The notes under the pieces were generated by a model, which saw only the letters and a list, made by a program, of their open reading frames with translations, did no database searches and was not told the origin of the DNA. Positions 27,973-40,442 of a stretch of 64,000 bases of DNA are shown in pieces. The position numbers were made by a program, and so were the translations under genes. The stretch's first letter is position 1; every line of letters starts with the position of its first letter. This DNA comes from Owenia fusiformis (Eukaryota), in assembly GCA_903813345.2 (NCBI GenBank), contig CAIIXF020000001.1:9362001-9426000 (forward strand). The letters run 5' to 3'.

Positions 27973-30003
27973 TCCATGGTTTCTTGAGCATACATGTAGT
28001 CTGTTAAATAAGGTAGATAGAGGTCTTGATATTGTGTGTCCACAGGCTTTTGAAGTGTCAAGTGACAAAATTAATATCATCAATTCATCTGGATTTCTCA
28101 CAACTGAAATGAGTAAAGAGTTGGTTCTGTCAGGAAAATTAGGTAATTGGTCAAAATTGATATTATCCATATGATTTTTGAATGCAAACAGCTTTAGAAG
28201 GCATTTGCCTTCTCAAGGTTATCTGTTATTGGCGGTTGATTTTGATTAAACAGTGGTGGAATTTGGGAATCTGCACTTTTACTAAGAAACAGCCTTATTA
28301 GTTTCCAATAATTCTTATCAGTTTTACTAAAATTATTAATGGAATCGCGGTTTTTTCTATCATGATTTTCTTTAAGATTCGTAATAAGAGTCGTTACTTT
28401 GATTGATTGATTGTCATAAAGATGTCTATTTAGGGTGATAGGGGATGATTTGAGTTTCCTAGTTTTGTTGATTTCTTAAACAAGGGCTGATCCTTAGATT
28501 TGATAATGATTTTCTTATTTGGAATTGTTTTGAGTAAATATTCATAAGTGAATTGCCAAAATGTGAGGTCACTTTATTCATATCAATGTCTGAATCAATA
28601 ATTTTAAGCCAGTCAGTGTTTCGGATTGAATTGTTTAAATTTTCAAGATTATACACACCATATTTCCAAATAGTTTTCCTAATCCTACTATCACACTAAA
28701 CTAGTTCTCATTACGTTCTCAAAAACGGGCTTCAACTGTGTACTCGTGAACGGACTGAACGTACTTAGAACCGTTTGGGGTCTATTTACAAACTTCATCG
28801 AACGTACTCGAACGGGTAGGTCCTCTAGAACTTAGAACATGTTCAAAATGTTCTCTTTGTCGCCACGTTCTACAATTAGAAAGTTTTGAAACATATTTTA
28901 TCTAGATCCTTCAGAAATTAACTTATCCAATAAATTACTTTACTAGTTCTTGTATCTTGGGGGGGGGGGGGGGTGTATAGAGATATTGTATATCGTATAA
29001 GAGGCTGAAAATTTATTGTATATTGTATAAGAGGGGGCAAAATTTATCGTATATGGTATAAGAGCTGTAAAAAATATGGTATAATAGAAAATATATGGTA
29101 TATGGTATCTAGAATTAAAAAAGGCTAATTATGAAGAAAGTGCACCCTAAAGTTCCCCATTGTGCCAACTCGCTTACTGTAACCGTGTTGGAAAAACATG
29201 GAAAAGTAGTCTCTCTAATTGGTTCCACATTCCAGGTCAATCAATACTGTAAGTTTAGAAAAAATCCTTCTCAAACTAAGAGTTTTGTGCCCTTTTCATT
29301 CAAATTTTCACAGGAGGTGTTAAATATAGTCTCAAATAAGAATCACGCCGGGTGATCAGAAGAAATGAACAGAGGGGGGGGGGGGGGGGTAGATCTAGCT
29401 GATTTTTGGTAGAAAATTCAACAAATCTTGAAGATTTATTTTTTCAAGAGAATGGCTAAATGAATAGACGCAGTGGACGGGGGAATATGTTAGGTCTTCT
29501 TGGATTTTTTTGAACTGTGGAGTTCTAAAATAAAAGATCTATTAAAAAAGTGCAGCGTCGACAATGTGCAAATACCAATTTTTTGCTATAAATCAACCAA
29601 CAGGGGTCTACACGACCTGTAATAAATACTTGTAAGTGAAGTAATTATCACAAAACTATTGTCATCATTGGTTTTGTAAAACACGTTACTATACGTTATA
29701 TAAAAAGTAATCTAAAGTTATTAAAATTGAACGGAGGGGGGAGAAATATGTCTATAAGACATATGAAATTTTTCACTTTTCAGAGTTGTAACATCAAGTT
29801 AATGAGTAAGTGAGTTCATTTTTCAAGTACACGAATTTGTGGAAATTTCTTCCACCTTAAAGACATATTACTCCACCCCCCCCTCTGTTCACTCCCCCCC
29901 CTCCGTTCAATTATTCGATTATTTTTTATCTATCATTTGGAAAATTATTTTTAAAAACCGGCAAAGAATTTTGTGATAAAAACGTTGCTTATATATTTAT
30001 TAC

Positions 30004-30637
30004 GGTAGAGATTAAAAGGTGGATTGGATCGAGTGGATTGGATTCATGTAAAAGGTGGATTGGATTGGGAATCTTCAAAATATGGAATTTCTTTAAGATT
30101 TCTTTCTGTTGATCTCCATCTAAGCTATTTCCCTCTAAAGTATTTTTTGATCGCTTGGGTCCCATGAGGAATCAGAACAAAGCAACACCAAATATATACT
30201 CAAATTAGTTGATGGATACTCCCTAAGTATTTAACTGCGTTCCCTTGTAAATTAACTTTTGTAAGATATAATAAACATAGATCTGTAGATAAAAGCTGTC
30301 ATTCAAATTGATGTGTGGGTGTTCCCAAATTTTTTTTCTATGTTCTGTTTGGAATGAAAACAGATGATATCTTCAAACCAGTCTGCCTTGTGATTTATGA
30401 AATGTTTCAAATTACACTTGGAATGAATAAGATTGTGGATCGGAGAGTGGGTACCAGGTCATCTTTCTAGCCCAACCAAGCAAAATAATGTTACATCTAT
30501 TATTTGATATTGTGGAAGTGAGGGCAGCACCGATCTTCTTAGAGGGAGATCAATAGAATATTTTGAAGACTCTCGATCCAATCCACCTTTTACATGAATC
30601 CAATCCACTCGATCCAATCCACCTTTTAATCTTTACC
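30004..30637. mobile_element. Merlin-like MITE inserted in a Transib-type MITE
   Basis: GGTA/TACC termini, ~65-bp TIR with GGATT repeats, 8-bp TSD TTTATTAC. Confidence 0.65.
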
Positions 30638-31462
30638 TTTATTACAGGTCGTACAGACCATTGTTGCTTGATTTATAGCAAAAACATTGGCATTTGCACG
30701 TTGGCGACGTTGCCTCATCTTAACTTTGATGAAAAATATGGTCACTATGGCTACTCGTGTTTCGGGGTATTTTGGATAAATCATTAAAATATTTGAGTAT
30801 AAAGTGTTCATACAGCGCATGTTTTAATACAAGCATCACAATGCTAATATAGCATAATATAGCAAAAGGTTTTTATTTGGTCTTCAAACTGTCATATGTT
30901 GGATTTCGGCTATTTATTGGTGATTTGAACAGGTGCATATGTTAGGCCAATGCATTAACTCCAGATCAAGCAATTTGATTGAGCAATTGATGATAATTTG
31001 GACTTTGAGACAGGGAAGGTTTTTCTGAAATTTTGTTCTGATTTTTAGCCCTTTCCACATATGTTTTTTCAATGTTTGATGCACCAATATGTTGCACTTT
31101 GAGACACAGTTTTGAGACACAGTTAACCTCTAAAATATGATTTATTTGGGATAAAGTGGAAAACATGTACATGTATTTCCCATGTTATTTTCCCATAGGG
31201 AAAACTCATGTGATCCATTGTTTTCAGCTAAATTTTGGTCATTCAAAATTGATATCTTTAAAACCCCTGCATGAATCATATTTTCATTTAAAACGCAACA
31301 GAGTGATCGATGCAACAAACATTGAAAAACAGGTGTGGAAATGGCTGAAAATCAGGACAACATTACAGAAAAAAACATGTTGATGGGGTGCAAATTTGCA
31401 CCTTCCCTGACTTATAGTCCAAATTATTTTATAATCTCTATGATTGCTTGTCCTGGAGTTAA

Positions 31463-34400
31463 TAGACAGGTTCCAATTCAAATAATTCAAGTTTTTGAGG
31501 CATTTTTTAGAAAAAGCAACAGACCTATTTTTACTAGATCAGTTTTTCATGCTGATAAAGATATTAAAAGATGACAGCTCAACGGGGTGGTCACGACATT
31601 ACATTTGGGCATTTTTACCCCCCTAGGAAAATATTCTAGGGGGTACTATGAAACTAGTTCATAACTCAAAGGATATATGAGCTATTGTTCTGAGTTGTAC
31701 ACCATACATTGCTAGTACAAATATGAATACTATCCTAAAGTTATGGGTTGATACCCTTATTGGTCTCAGAAAAATACAAAAAACAGGAAAAAGATACGCA
31801 ATTTTTGTCTTGCCAATTTTATATTTGTAGCTTCAAGCACAATATGACAGCTTTAACAGCTCATAGTAGTATTCTAAAAACATTTCTAAGCTATGTGTGG
31901 TATTGTAATACATCTATTTTAGTTATGAAGTACTATTTTGTAATTTTAATATGACTTTATAGTGCCCTACCCCTGGAAAATTGAAGAAAGTGGAAGTGGT
32001 GAATTTTATCATTTTGCAGCATTAAGTTAGAAACATGTATTGATAGACACAAAATCAATAAATTCATACCATCATCAAATGTTAGGTGACATTCTAATTC
32101 ATTTATTACTAAAATATAGGACTTGAGATATTTTATATGTAAGTTTTCAATTAAGTACATGTATCATAATGAAATCACATACTAGAGAGGTTGGCATACA
32201 GTCTGGATATTGACATAAAGTCTAAACATTATAATCATCAATTGATCTCATTTGAGCAACTAGACTATGGTGGTCATCATGCACAAGTAATGTACAGTAG
32301 AACCTGCTAAGTGGAACACCTCTGTAAGTGGAACACCTCCCAAGTGGAACGCCTTTTCAAAGCCCCGTTTTAAAAACCCATTGACTTAATGTTAATTGAA
32401 TCTCTGTAAGTGGAACACCTCCAAACTTGAACAGTGAACACCCCATATTGAAAAATTAACCTGCTAAGTGGAATAGTCAATTTCCATAGATTTCAATATT
32501 GATATATGTAAACAGAATTAATCTCCTTCAATGATATCTGGGTATGAAAACAGGTAATACTGTGATAATTGGCAAATTAGGATTTTAATGGATTAACCTC
32601 CTGTAGAGGTCAACATGTGATGCAACCAATAATTAATTTGATTATCAGCAAATTAAGATTTCATAAGATTTTCATTCAGAAAATTGGATTAACCTCCTGT
32701 AGAACTGGACACGTGATGCTACCACTAATTAATATCCCTTGCTGTTTGTTTCAAACTTAATAAGTAAGATTAAAAATGTCATTTAAAAACAATTGAATTA
32801 TTAACAGTAGGAACAAGTCTTTAAAACTTAATTGCCTAATCCTTGTACCTGAGACTAGCACAATTAGGAGGATTAAGAATATCAGAAAACATTTTTGGCA
32901 GAATGAGGAGGATTAAGAATGTCAGATACCTTTTTGAGTTAAATAAATGGATTATTAATGGTATATACCTGCCCTGTAATGAAGGGAGAATCATATTTCC
33001 AATGATACATATAAATCCTATATTTGATTTTGTATGTTCCCTGTGAACCCAAAACCTCTGTAAGTGGAACATCTTCTAAGTGGAACGCAGAACGGAGAGT
33101 GTTCCACTTACACAGGTATTTACATAATAATGTTATAAAGGAGCATGTAGGTTATCGCAAACAACTTCAGACAATTCTAACTTGAATTATGAATATTTAG
33201 ATCTATTCATTATCTTCAAGAAAAGTAAATATAATGATTAATCAGACTTAAGTGATATTAAAGGGAATGGCCCAATCACCATACTTTTTACTAAAAATGT
33301 TGACCTAATTTTTACCAAAGATGCAACCTTTAATTATATTGTTGAATGCATAATTAGAATATGCTTTGAGACATGTTCTATTTCCTAAGAGGAAAAGTGG
33401 ATTGCTCCAGGGACTTTAAAGACACTGAATTTGGATGACCAAAATGAACTGAAACAAATGGATAGCATGAATTTTTTCAAAGGGGAAATAACATGGGGAA
33501 CACAAATTTTGGAGGAATTCAGTTTTCTTTTCAAGAGCTATTTGATACATTAAAATAAAGAATAGTAATGCATTAAACATTGTTAAAATGATTGCATTTT
33601 TGGTGAAAATGAGGTCAACAACTTTGAACAAATATATTGATGGGTTGATTGCTAGTGAAATATCTCCGAGTCCGATTGACTTTGTTATCCCTGTATACCT
33701 GTCTTCATGGTCAGAAAATAGTCATAATCAAAGATATAACTGTCTGAAATTGTTTGTGATAACTTACCTGAACCTTTCCAGGTCAAATCAGGAGTGACAA
33801 AATAATTTCAACCAAATTTTTGACATGTCTTCAAATACGATAATATTTTCTTCATAAGATAGAGTGTCACTTGTGAAATTTATTGATTGACCTGAGATCT
33901 TACCATATCTTTATGACAGAGAAGCGAAATAGCCATATTGAACTTTAATGATGTTTGTTTAATTGTTGTTTGCCACTTTTCGACAATTGTCAAAATTTGG
34001 GGGTTTGGGGGAGGGGTACAATTAGGTTAAAAAATTCACCTGATTCAGACTATCCTTAAATGAGCACTGATTCACCCGAGAGCATAACTTTTTCAAAACA
34101 TGTAAGTGTTATTTTTGGACCACTCACATTAATGTTTCGTCTAATTTTCCCTTAGAGTTTCATCATCATTGTCCAAATCTTTGTTGAGATATTTGAGATA
34201 TATGTATGTTCATTATTAAAATCTTGCCTTCCTTTGCAGTTGGAAAAGATTCGGCATTAGGTGTTATAAGTCCTAGAGCACGATAAATAAAAAAATAACA
34301 ACAAAATGACATAGAACTGACAGACGTTTTCTCCTGTGCGTGTCAGCCTTGGTCTACCAAATTGCTATTCAGTAGGAAGAAACTCATTTTTCAACTTCAA

Positions 34401-35405
34401 CTTCTGTTTTAGAGAACAATAGAACAATAGAAAAGATTACTTTACCATAATTTTAATCATCCCACATTGTAGACATATTTAGAATTAAAAATATGAAGAG
34501 AATGACAAAACCTCTTAAAACACATTTCTTAGGAAACAAATAGTGTCGTATTCTTGTTACTATGGCAACAGAGTTTTTTCTTTTTGTCATTTTTGTCATA
34601 CAGATTACCTATCATACCAGGACCAAATCCTGAAAATTTGAATTCAGTATCTTCATTACTAGTATCTTAGATATATAGGTTTCTTATAGTGTCCCCTGCA
34701 GATTTTATCGGATGATATAAGGAAAATGCTCTGAAGAGGGTTGCCCAAGGATGCCACTTAACAGTTCTGGTATTTTTGAGGTCCCAACCCTCTATTCATG
34801 GGAATAGTTAAACATTGTAAAGTTTCTCATGGTTAACTGAGAGAATTGATTGTATCTTCAACTAAGAAGACAATAAAATGTTAAAACCAGAAGAAAAGTC
34901 ATATTAAAATTACAAAATAGTACTTCATCACTATAATAGATGTATTACAATATCACACATAGCTTGGGAATGTTGTTAGAATACTACTTTGAGCTGTTTA
35001 AGTTATCATAATTTGCTTGAAGCTACAAATATAAAATAAGCAAGAAAAAAATGACAAAAATTGCATATTTTTTTCTAATTGTATTTTTCCGAAATCAACA
35101 AAGATATCAACCTATAACTTTAGGGTAGTATTCATCTTTGTACTAACAATGTATGCTGTAGAACTCAGAACAATAGTTTATATATCCTTTGAGTTATGAA
35201 CTAATATTATAGTACCCCCTAAAATAATTCCCTAGGGGGGTAAAAACGCTAAAATTCAGTGTCGTGACCACCCCGTTGAGCTGTCATCTTTTAATATCTT
35301 TATCAGTATGAAAAACTGATCCAGAAAAAATAGCTCTGTTGCTTTTTCTAAAAAATGCCTTAAAAACCCTTTCCCTTGAGATATTCTGAAATTGGAACCT
35401 GTCTA
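31463..35405. mobile_element. Academ-like non-autonomous element
   Basis: TAGACAGGTTCCAATT termini, 3-bp TSD TAA, ~500-bp imperfect TIRs; inserted into an older foldback (~30890-35475). Confidence 0.7.
32295..33124. mobile_element. pogo/Tigger-like MITE
   Basis: TA-CAGTAGAACCT terminus, repeated AAGTGGAACAC, degenerate right end. Confidence 0.6.
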
Positions 35406-35541
35406 TAATGCATTGGCCTAACATATGCACCTGTTCAAATCCTCAGAAAATAGCCAAAATCCAATATATGACTGAAATCTGTTGCGATACCATCTGTGGT
35501 CCTTTAAAAGAAAGTTATGTCTAGTTGCACAGAGTCATTCT

Positions 35542-35657
35542 GATTTATCAGAGTCCCTCTTTACCTAACGTTTTTGAGAGATTTATCAGAGTCCCTCTTT
35601 ACCTAACGTTTTTGAGAGATTTATCAGAGTCCCTCTTTACCTAACGTTTTTGAGAGA
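35542..35657. repeat. 38-bp tandem repeat x3
   Basis: GATTTATCAGAGTCCCTCTTTACCTAACGTTTTTGAGA, three identical copies. Confidence 0.9.
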
Positions 35658-37191
35658 CTCTGATATATCATGAGGCAGAACATGTTCCTAGCCAGTGCAT
35701 TCTCCAAGTAAATCAGTGTATATGGAGGAATAAATTAGTGCCTTAGAATGCACCGTCCTGTTATCCCCTTTGTAAACTTTAATTCAATGAATTCATTATG
35801 TGGAAAACTTTTATTTAACTTGATGGTTCTTGTTTTTATATTGAAAATGAATAACTATGATAATGTTGACGTACTTCTTTTTTCTTATTGATTTCCAATT
35901 TATAATTTTAAACAATAATTATCATGCAAATGTCAACACTTGGATTATTTGGGAGGGCATTGTGTTTGGTCACACTCATTAGGCTTTGTCTGCTTATGTA
36001 ATCATGCAACTGCAGGTAATGCCTTCCCATGATACTCATGGTCAATAGAACTCTGTAAATAATTTGATTGGTCCGTACATTTTAGGGTTAAAGGAAACAT
36101 TTATTACAGTCAGTATCCCACAGTCTGAACTATTCCAAAAGGATAGTAAAGGCTGTGGATCCCACAATGGCACAGAGTAGTTTTCATTCTCATCAATACA
36201 TCTTTGCCTTGAAATCATTCGTGAAACATGTGGTTTGAACTTTATGGAAATTTGCTTTATTTTGACACACCTTTATTTAACTTATACTGTCTTTAAGGCT
36301 GCCTTATCTGAAACCCCGAAGTGTCTCTTGTTTCAAATGTTTAAACAATCAAGTCTCGTCTTGCCTTTATTTCAAACTCTAATTTCCAGACTCGAGTCCA
36401 ATCAAAAATGAATTATCTACATGGAAGTTTGTGAAGTCCTTTATTTCTGAAACTGTTTTCAATACTTAATATTTTCAGGTAACTGCTTTACAAAATCATT
36501 GTGCATTGTGAATAGTAGTTACAGAAACGAGAGTTCTGACGCACCTTTAACATTGAGTCCTATGGGGAGGGACACGATTTTTCATAGTACCCTCCCTAAC
36601 ATGGGCTCCAATGGGGAGGGACATCTGTGAGCCTCCCTGAGCTCGGGAGGCACATACGGGGACCCCATCCCTCCCCCCTCGGCGTGGTGGCGTGTACATA
36701 TTTCGGGAATCTCGGGCCCTAAGGGTAACGGACGCCCTACCCCACGTTTGTACGTTTACTGTAAGGGATAATATTCGAATTCCCGCCAAAAACAATAAAT
36801 CGATAAACCAGTACGCGTCGTAAATGTCACTGCCTTATTTATAAAGTGCGGCCCAGGCGGATTATCGATTACCTATCAACCAGGCGTTTCGTACTCGCGA
36901 GGTCTTATCGTTTTAAGGTCATCCAGCTGTCAGTTTACGAAACAAATTACTCTGGACTGTACTTTAAAGTGCGGACCTAGCTCGATTATCGATTATCAAT
37001 CAACCATCCATCAACTTTAATTAGTGTAACGTCCTTCATCGATTTAAGATCATACCGTTTAATGGATGTTACATTTGGTTGGGATAAATATTTATTTGCT
37101 AATTCGTCAACACACTTCTTTTCAAAATACATCAACTATAATACATATTTACATTATAACATTCAAAATTCTTCATTGAATCATACACAAA

Positions 37192-38289
37192 TTACAAAGG
37201 TATTAAATCGGAATCTTTAACCCACGAATCAAACTTTTTTGGCCAATATTGCCAACGCACTAAATGTTCCCGTTGCCCTCGTCTAGTTCGTGTTTTCAAG
37301 ATTTTTTCTACTTTCCAAATATCATCTTCATTCGCTTGTACTCTTTGAAGCTCCGATTGGTAAAAAGTACCCTTAATGTCTTCATTTTGAAAATCATTTA
37401 AACGATATAATGGGAGGCCCTGCCTAATAAAACGTTTCGTTACTTTAAAAATTTCCCCTGTCCAATGTTGGTCGTATTCTCTACTAAAAACATGTCTCGA
37501 CTGGGTAATTCTTACCAGAGCTCCAATGGGGAATTTAAAGATGTGATTAGATTTGGTTTTAACGATAGTTGATTTAGGATAATACATCCGCCACCAAATA
37601 ACCAATTCATCGTCTTTAGATACATTTTTAGGAGCCATTTTTATACCCCTATGCCAAGTGGCGTTATAACTCTTCACAAAGTTTTGTAAATTGTCTATAA
37701 ATCTATGGTTCTGTTTGTACGTGATATACCTCATTATTTTAGTCTTTAACGTCTTTATCAATCTTTCTGCATAGTTGGCCTTGGGGGTATTACCCGTAAC
37801 AAAATGGCGGACTCCCCATCTATTCAACAATGTTTGTACAACCTTAGCGCGGAATTCTTGACCTTTGTCCGTCCTAGTGACATCTGGTTGTCGACCTTCT
37901 TTCAATATATCATCGAAAGCCTCCGCCACTGCCTTTCCAGTTTTGGAGTGTAGCGGTCTAACCCAGGCAAAGCGAGACATAATGTCAATCGCAACCAGGA
38001 TATACTTTATCCCGTCATTCTGCGATGATATATTAGAGACATCCATAAGATCTGCATCCCATTGTTCGTCAATATGCGAGACATATACTTTGTTACGAGC
38101 GAATCGTTTCTTATAAGGTCTCTGTAGGCCATAAGCTTCTTGATTGTCCAGCCATTTCTTTATCTGATAACGGGACAGCTGGTATTTCCCATCATTTAGT
38201 ACAGCTCTATAGAGTTTGTCTGGTCCAGCAAAGGCTCCAGAATTTCGACTGTCAAAGTATAATTTCTTTAAATAGTCTCGATATGCCAT
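37192..38289 (-). CDS. Maverick/Polinton retroviral-like (rve) integrase with C-terminal chromodomain
   Basis: 365 aa intact; DDE residues in WDADLMD / RTDKGQEF / YAERLIKTLK; chromodomain VEKIL..LVRWQYWPKKFDSWV. Confidence 0.95.
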   Translation of the reverse strand: MAYRDYLKKLYFDSRNSGAFAGPDKLYRAVLNDGKYQLSRYQIKKWLDNQEAYGLQRPYKKRFARNKVYVSHIDEQWDADLMDVSNISSQNDGIKYILVAIDIMSRFAWVRPLHSKTGKAVAEAFDDILKEGRQPDVTRTDKGQEFRAKVVQTLLNRWGVRHFVTGNTPKANYAERLIKTLKTKIMRYITYKQNHRFIDNLQNFVKSYNATWHRGIKMAPKNVSKDDELVIWWRMYYPKSTIVKTKSNHIFKFPIGALVRITQSRHVFSREYDQHWTGEIFKVTKRFIRQGLPLYRLNDFQNEDIKGTFYQSELQRVQANEDDIWKVEKILKTRTRRGQREHLVRWQYWPKKFDSWVKDSDLIPL

Positions 38290-38348
38290 CTTACACTGTC
38301 GGAATCTGACTCCTTAATGACGATCTCTCTTTAAATTGCTAATATTTA

Positions 38349-39700
38349 TCACTCAGTGCTTGATTCAACAGCCTCGTTTTCGGATTCACTCTGTTCTTCC
38401 TCGGAGCTACTTTCCTGGTCTGTATCCTCTATAAAGACCTCGTCAAACTTGTGTTTGTTTTTTAAAAGTGTCTTCCTAATGGCTAAGTTCACAGAGACAC
38501 CCCTCCTCATCATATTATTTATTGAATCAATTATATTTCTGTGTAACGCATTGTCTTTTACATCAACCGTTAGCTTGACGAATTGTTTATATCCTTTCAT
38601 AAATTCTTCCTTATTCTTCGACAATAGTTTATTATCTGCCTTTTCTACAGCCTCTGTCTTATCCATCCCTCTATCCATATACTCATCCACTTTACGTCGG
38701 TGGTCTTCCTCATTCTGTCTTATAGACCACTTCTTTAAAAATGCAAATGTTTCATTTGCTTTCAAATCACCATCATCGTCATCAACGTCATTGTCTTTGT
38801 CTTGAGGAATCTTCTCCTCAATATTTTGGGTAGATTGGGTCCTCATCCTCTTGGGTAGTGGTCCCTGATCTTGACACCACTTTTTTATATGCCTCTGTAA
38901 GTCGTGAATGCTATCAAATACTAAACCACAGTCATCACAGGAAACCATGCTGTCTTCTCGAAATTCACGTTCCATGTAAGGGTAGTTCTTAACATCACTA
39001 CTATTTATAAATGTTGTCGTCGGATAGTCAACTTCTGAAATACCCTGTCTTTCAAGTAAGTGTTTTGAATCATTCATTGGTTCCTTGAAGTTGCGGGAAT
39101 CGTGATGACTTTCAAATTCAACTTCACTTTTAGTAAAGGCATTTGGTTTCAATCTGCTGTGCTCCGAAGTTTCTTGCTTCAGATCAAGAAGCAGGTAACC
39201 ATAGGGTCGACTAGTTGCGTTGGTATATGCTCTGACCAACTTGTTTCCATTTCCGGGGTACATCTGCCTCGATAAGAATGCCACCTGTTGGCGATCTCTC
39301 GGGTTATTAAACAGTATCATATAGTGAGAGTTTAAGCTCATCGATCTATTCATTTTTCCTTGATGATACATATTCTGGAGTAGGCATATCACAGACAGAT
39401 TTCGATGGTGACTGCCTTTGCTATAGAGATCACATATCCGTTGATCATTTGTTGCCTCATTCATAAGATCATCGAGAAGTATCAAAGTAGGAACTGAAGT
39501 GTCGAGGTATCTTGAATCATCAATATCCTCTGGTATTCCCTTCACAAATTCCAAATGTGGGTATTTTCTTAGCTCTTCGTAGGCAGGCTGCCATTGACCA
39601 TAACACCAGATGATTCTTCTAGGAATTGGGGATATATACCGTTCAACATTTTTGATCAAGTGCTTCATAAGCCAGGTCTTCCCCGACGATGTTGGTCCGG
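38349..39700 (-). CDS. Polinton A32/FtsK-like packaging ATPase, exon 2 (Walker A to C-terminal ZnF, helical and acidic extension)
   Basis: Begins after ttttcAG: (A)GPTSSGKT; Walker B LILLDD; SHHRNLSVICLLQN; NSHYMILFNNPRD; CDDC..F....L.RH...WC finger. Confidence 0.92.
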
Positions 39701-39802
39701 CTGAAAATACAACAAAAAATATTTTTTTAATAAATTGACATGCTCTCTTTCTATATTTAGAAACCTATCAGACTTTTAATTTCAACATGTCCATGTCTAT
39801 AC

Positions 39803-39938
39803 CTGCTATCATAGTAAACGGATGTTTCAGCATAACATCAGACTGATGCATTTTTTCTCCATGAAACTTATTCATATGCCTTGATAGGTTATCACCTCTC
39901 GTAAAATTCACACTACACTCAGAACAATTGAAAGACAT
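39803..39938 (-). CDS. Polinton ATPase exon 1 (C2H2 zinc finger plus LKHPFTMIA)
   Basis: MSFNCSECSVNFTRGDNLSRHMNKFHGEKMHQSDVMLKHPFTMIA, then a G|GT donor; phase-1 join restores HPFTMIAAGPTSSGKT; spliced protein 495 aa. Confidence 0.85.
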
Positions 39939-40109
39939 GTTGTCTGTTCAAGATCTATCAGTAAAATGACTCAAAACATGGACAACTTAAAATATATAAG
40001 AATATTCTAATGTGCAGTATTGTGATTGGTTCAAAATGTGTCAATTAAGATCAATTGTAAACATAAACAGGCATTTATAACATTATAAACTATTGAATAT
40101 TAAAGTAAA

Positions 40110-40442
40110 GGGAGGGGAGGAGGTTTGGAAGATGGAGAAGAAACAGGAGGAGGTTGGGTGGAAGTAGGAGGAGGTATGAGGTAAGGAGGAGGTAGGGAGG
40201 AGGTGGGAGGAGGTAAGGAAGAGGTTGGAGGAGGTAAGGAGGAGGTAATGATGAGGTAGGGAGGAGGTAGGAGGAGGTGGGAGGAGGTAAGGAGGAAGCG
40301 GGAGGAGGTAGAGAGGAGGTGGGAGAAGGTAAGGAAGAGGTGGGAAGAGGTAAGGAGGATATAGGGAGGAGGTAATGATGAGGTAGGGAGGAGGCGGGGG
40401 GAGGTAAGGAGGAGGTAAGGAGGAAGTGGGAGGAGGTAGGGA
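40110..40442. repeat. Purine-rich (GGAGGAGGT[A/G])n tandem array inside the mini-Maverick
   Basis: Directly visible 10-11-bp imperfect units. Confidence 0.9.

Larger units (their letters stand above)
23875..28680 (-). pseudogene. Decayed CR1-like LINE (RT and C-terminal fragments) interrupted by two insertions
   Basis: Frameshifted fragments NYRPITLLNTISKLFE, QAGFLPGHST, GVPQGS, YINDLP, YADD, HKHLG, NRLR..CSCG; homologous to the intact element at 60335. Confidence 0.85.

Noticed and set aside
35542-35657. CRISPR-like repeat
   Set aside because: Head-to-tail identical units with no spacers, eukaryotic context, no cas genes.
36547-36795. ORFs within the Maverick TIRs (also 40620-40829)
   Set aside because: GC-rich TIR sequence, no homology cues, different frames at the two ends.
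37865-38805. Plus-strand ORFs of 83 and 149 aa in the mini-Maverick as possible capsid or accessory genes
   Set aside because: Antisense shadows of the integrase and ATPase; Ser/Leu-rich with no motif.
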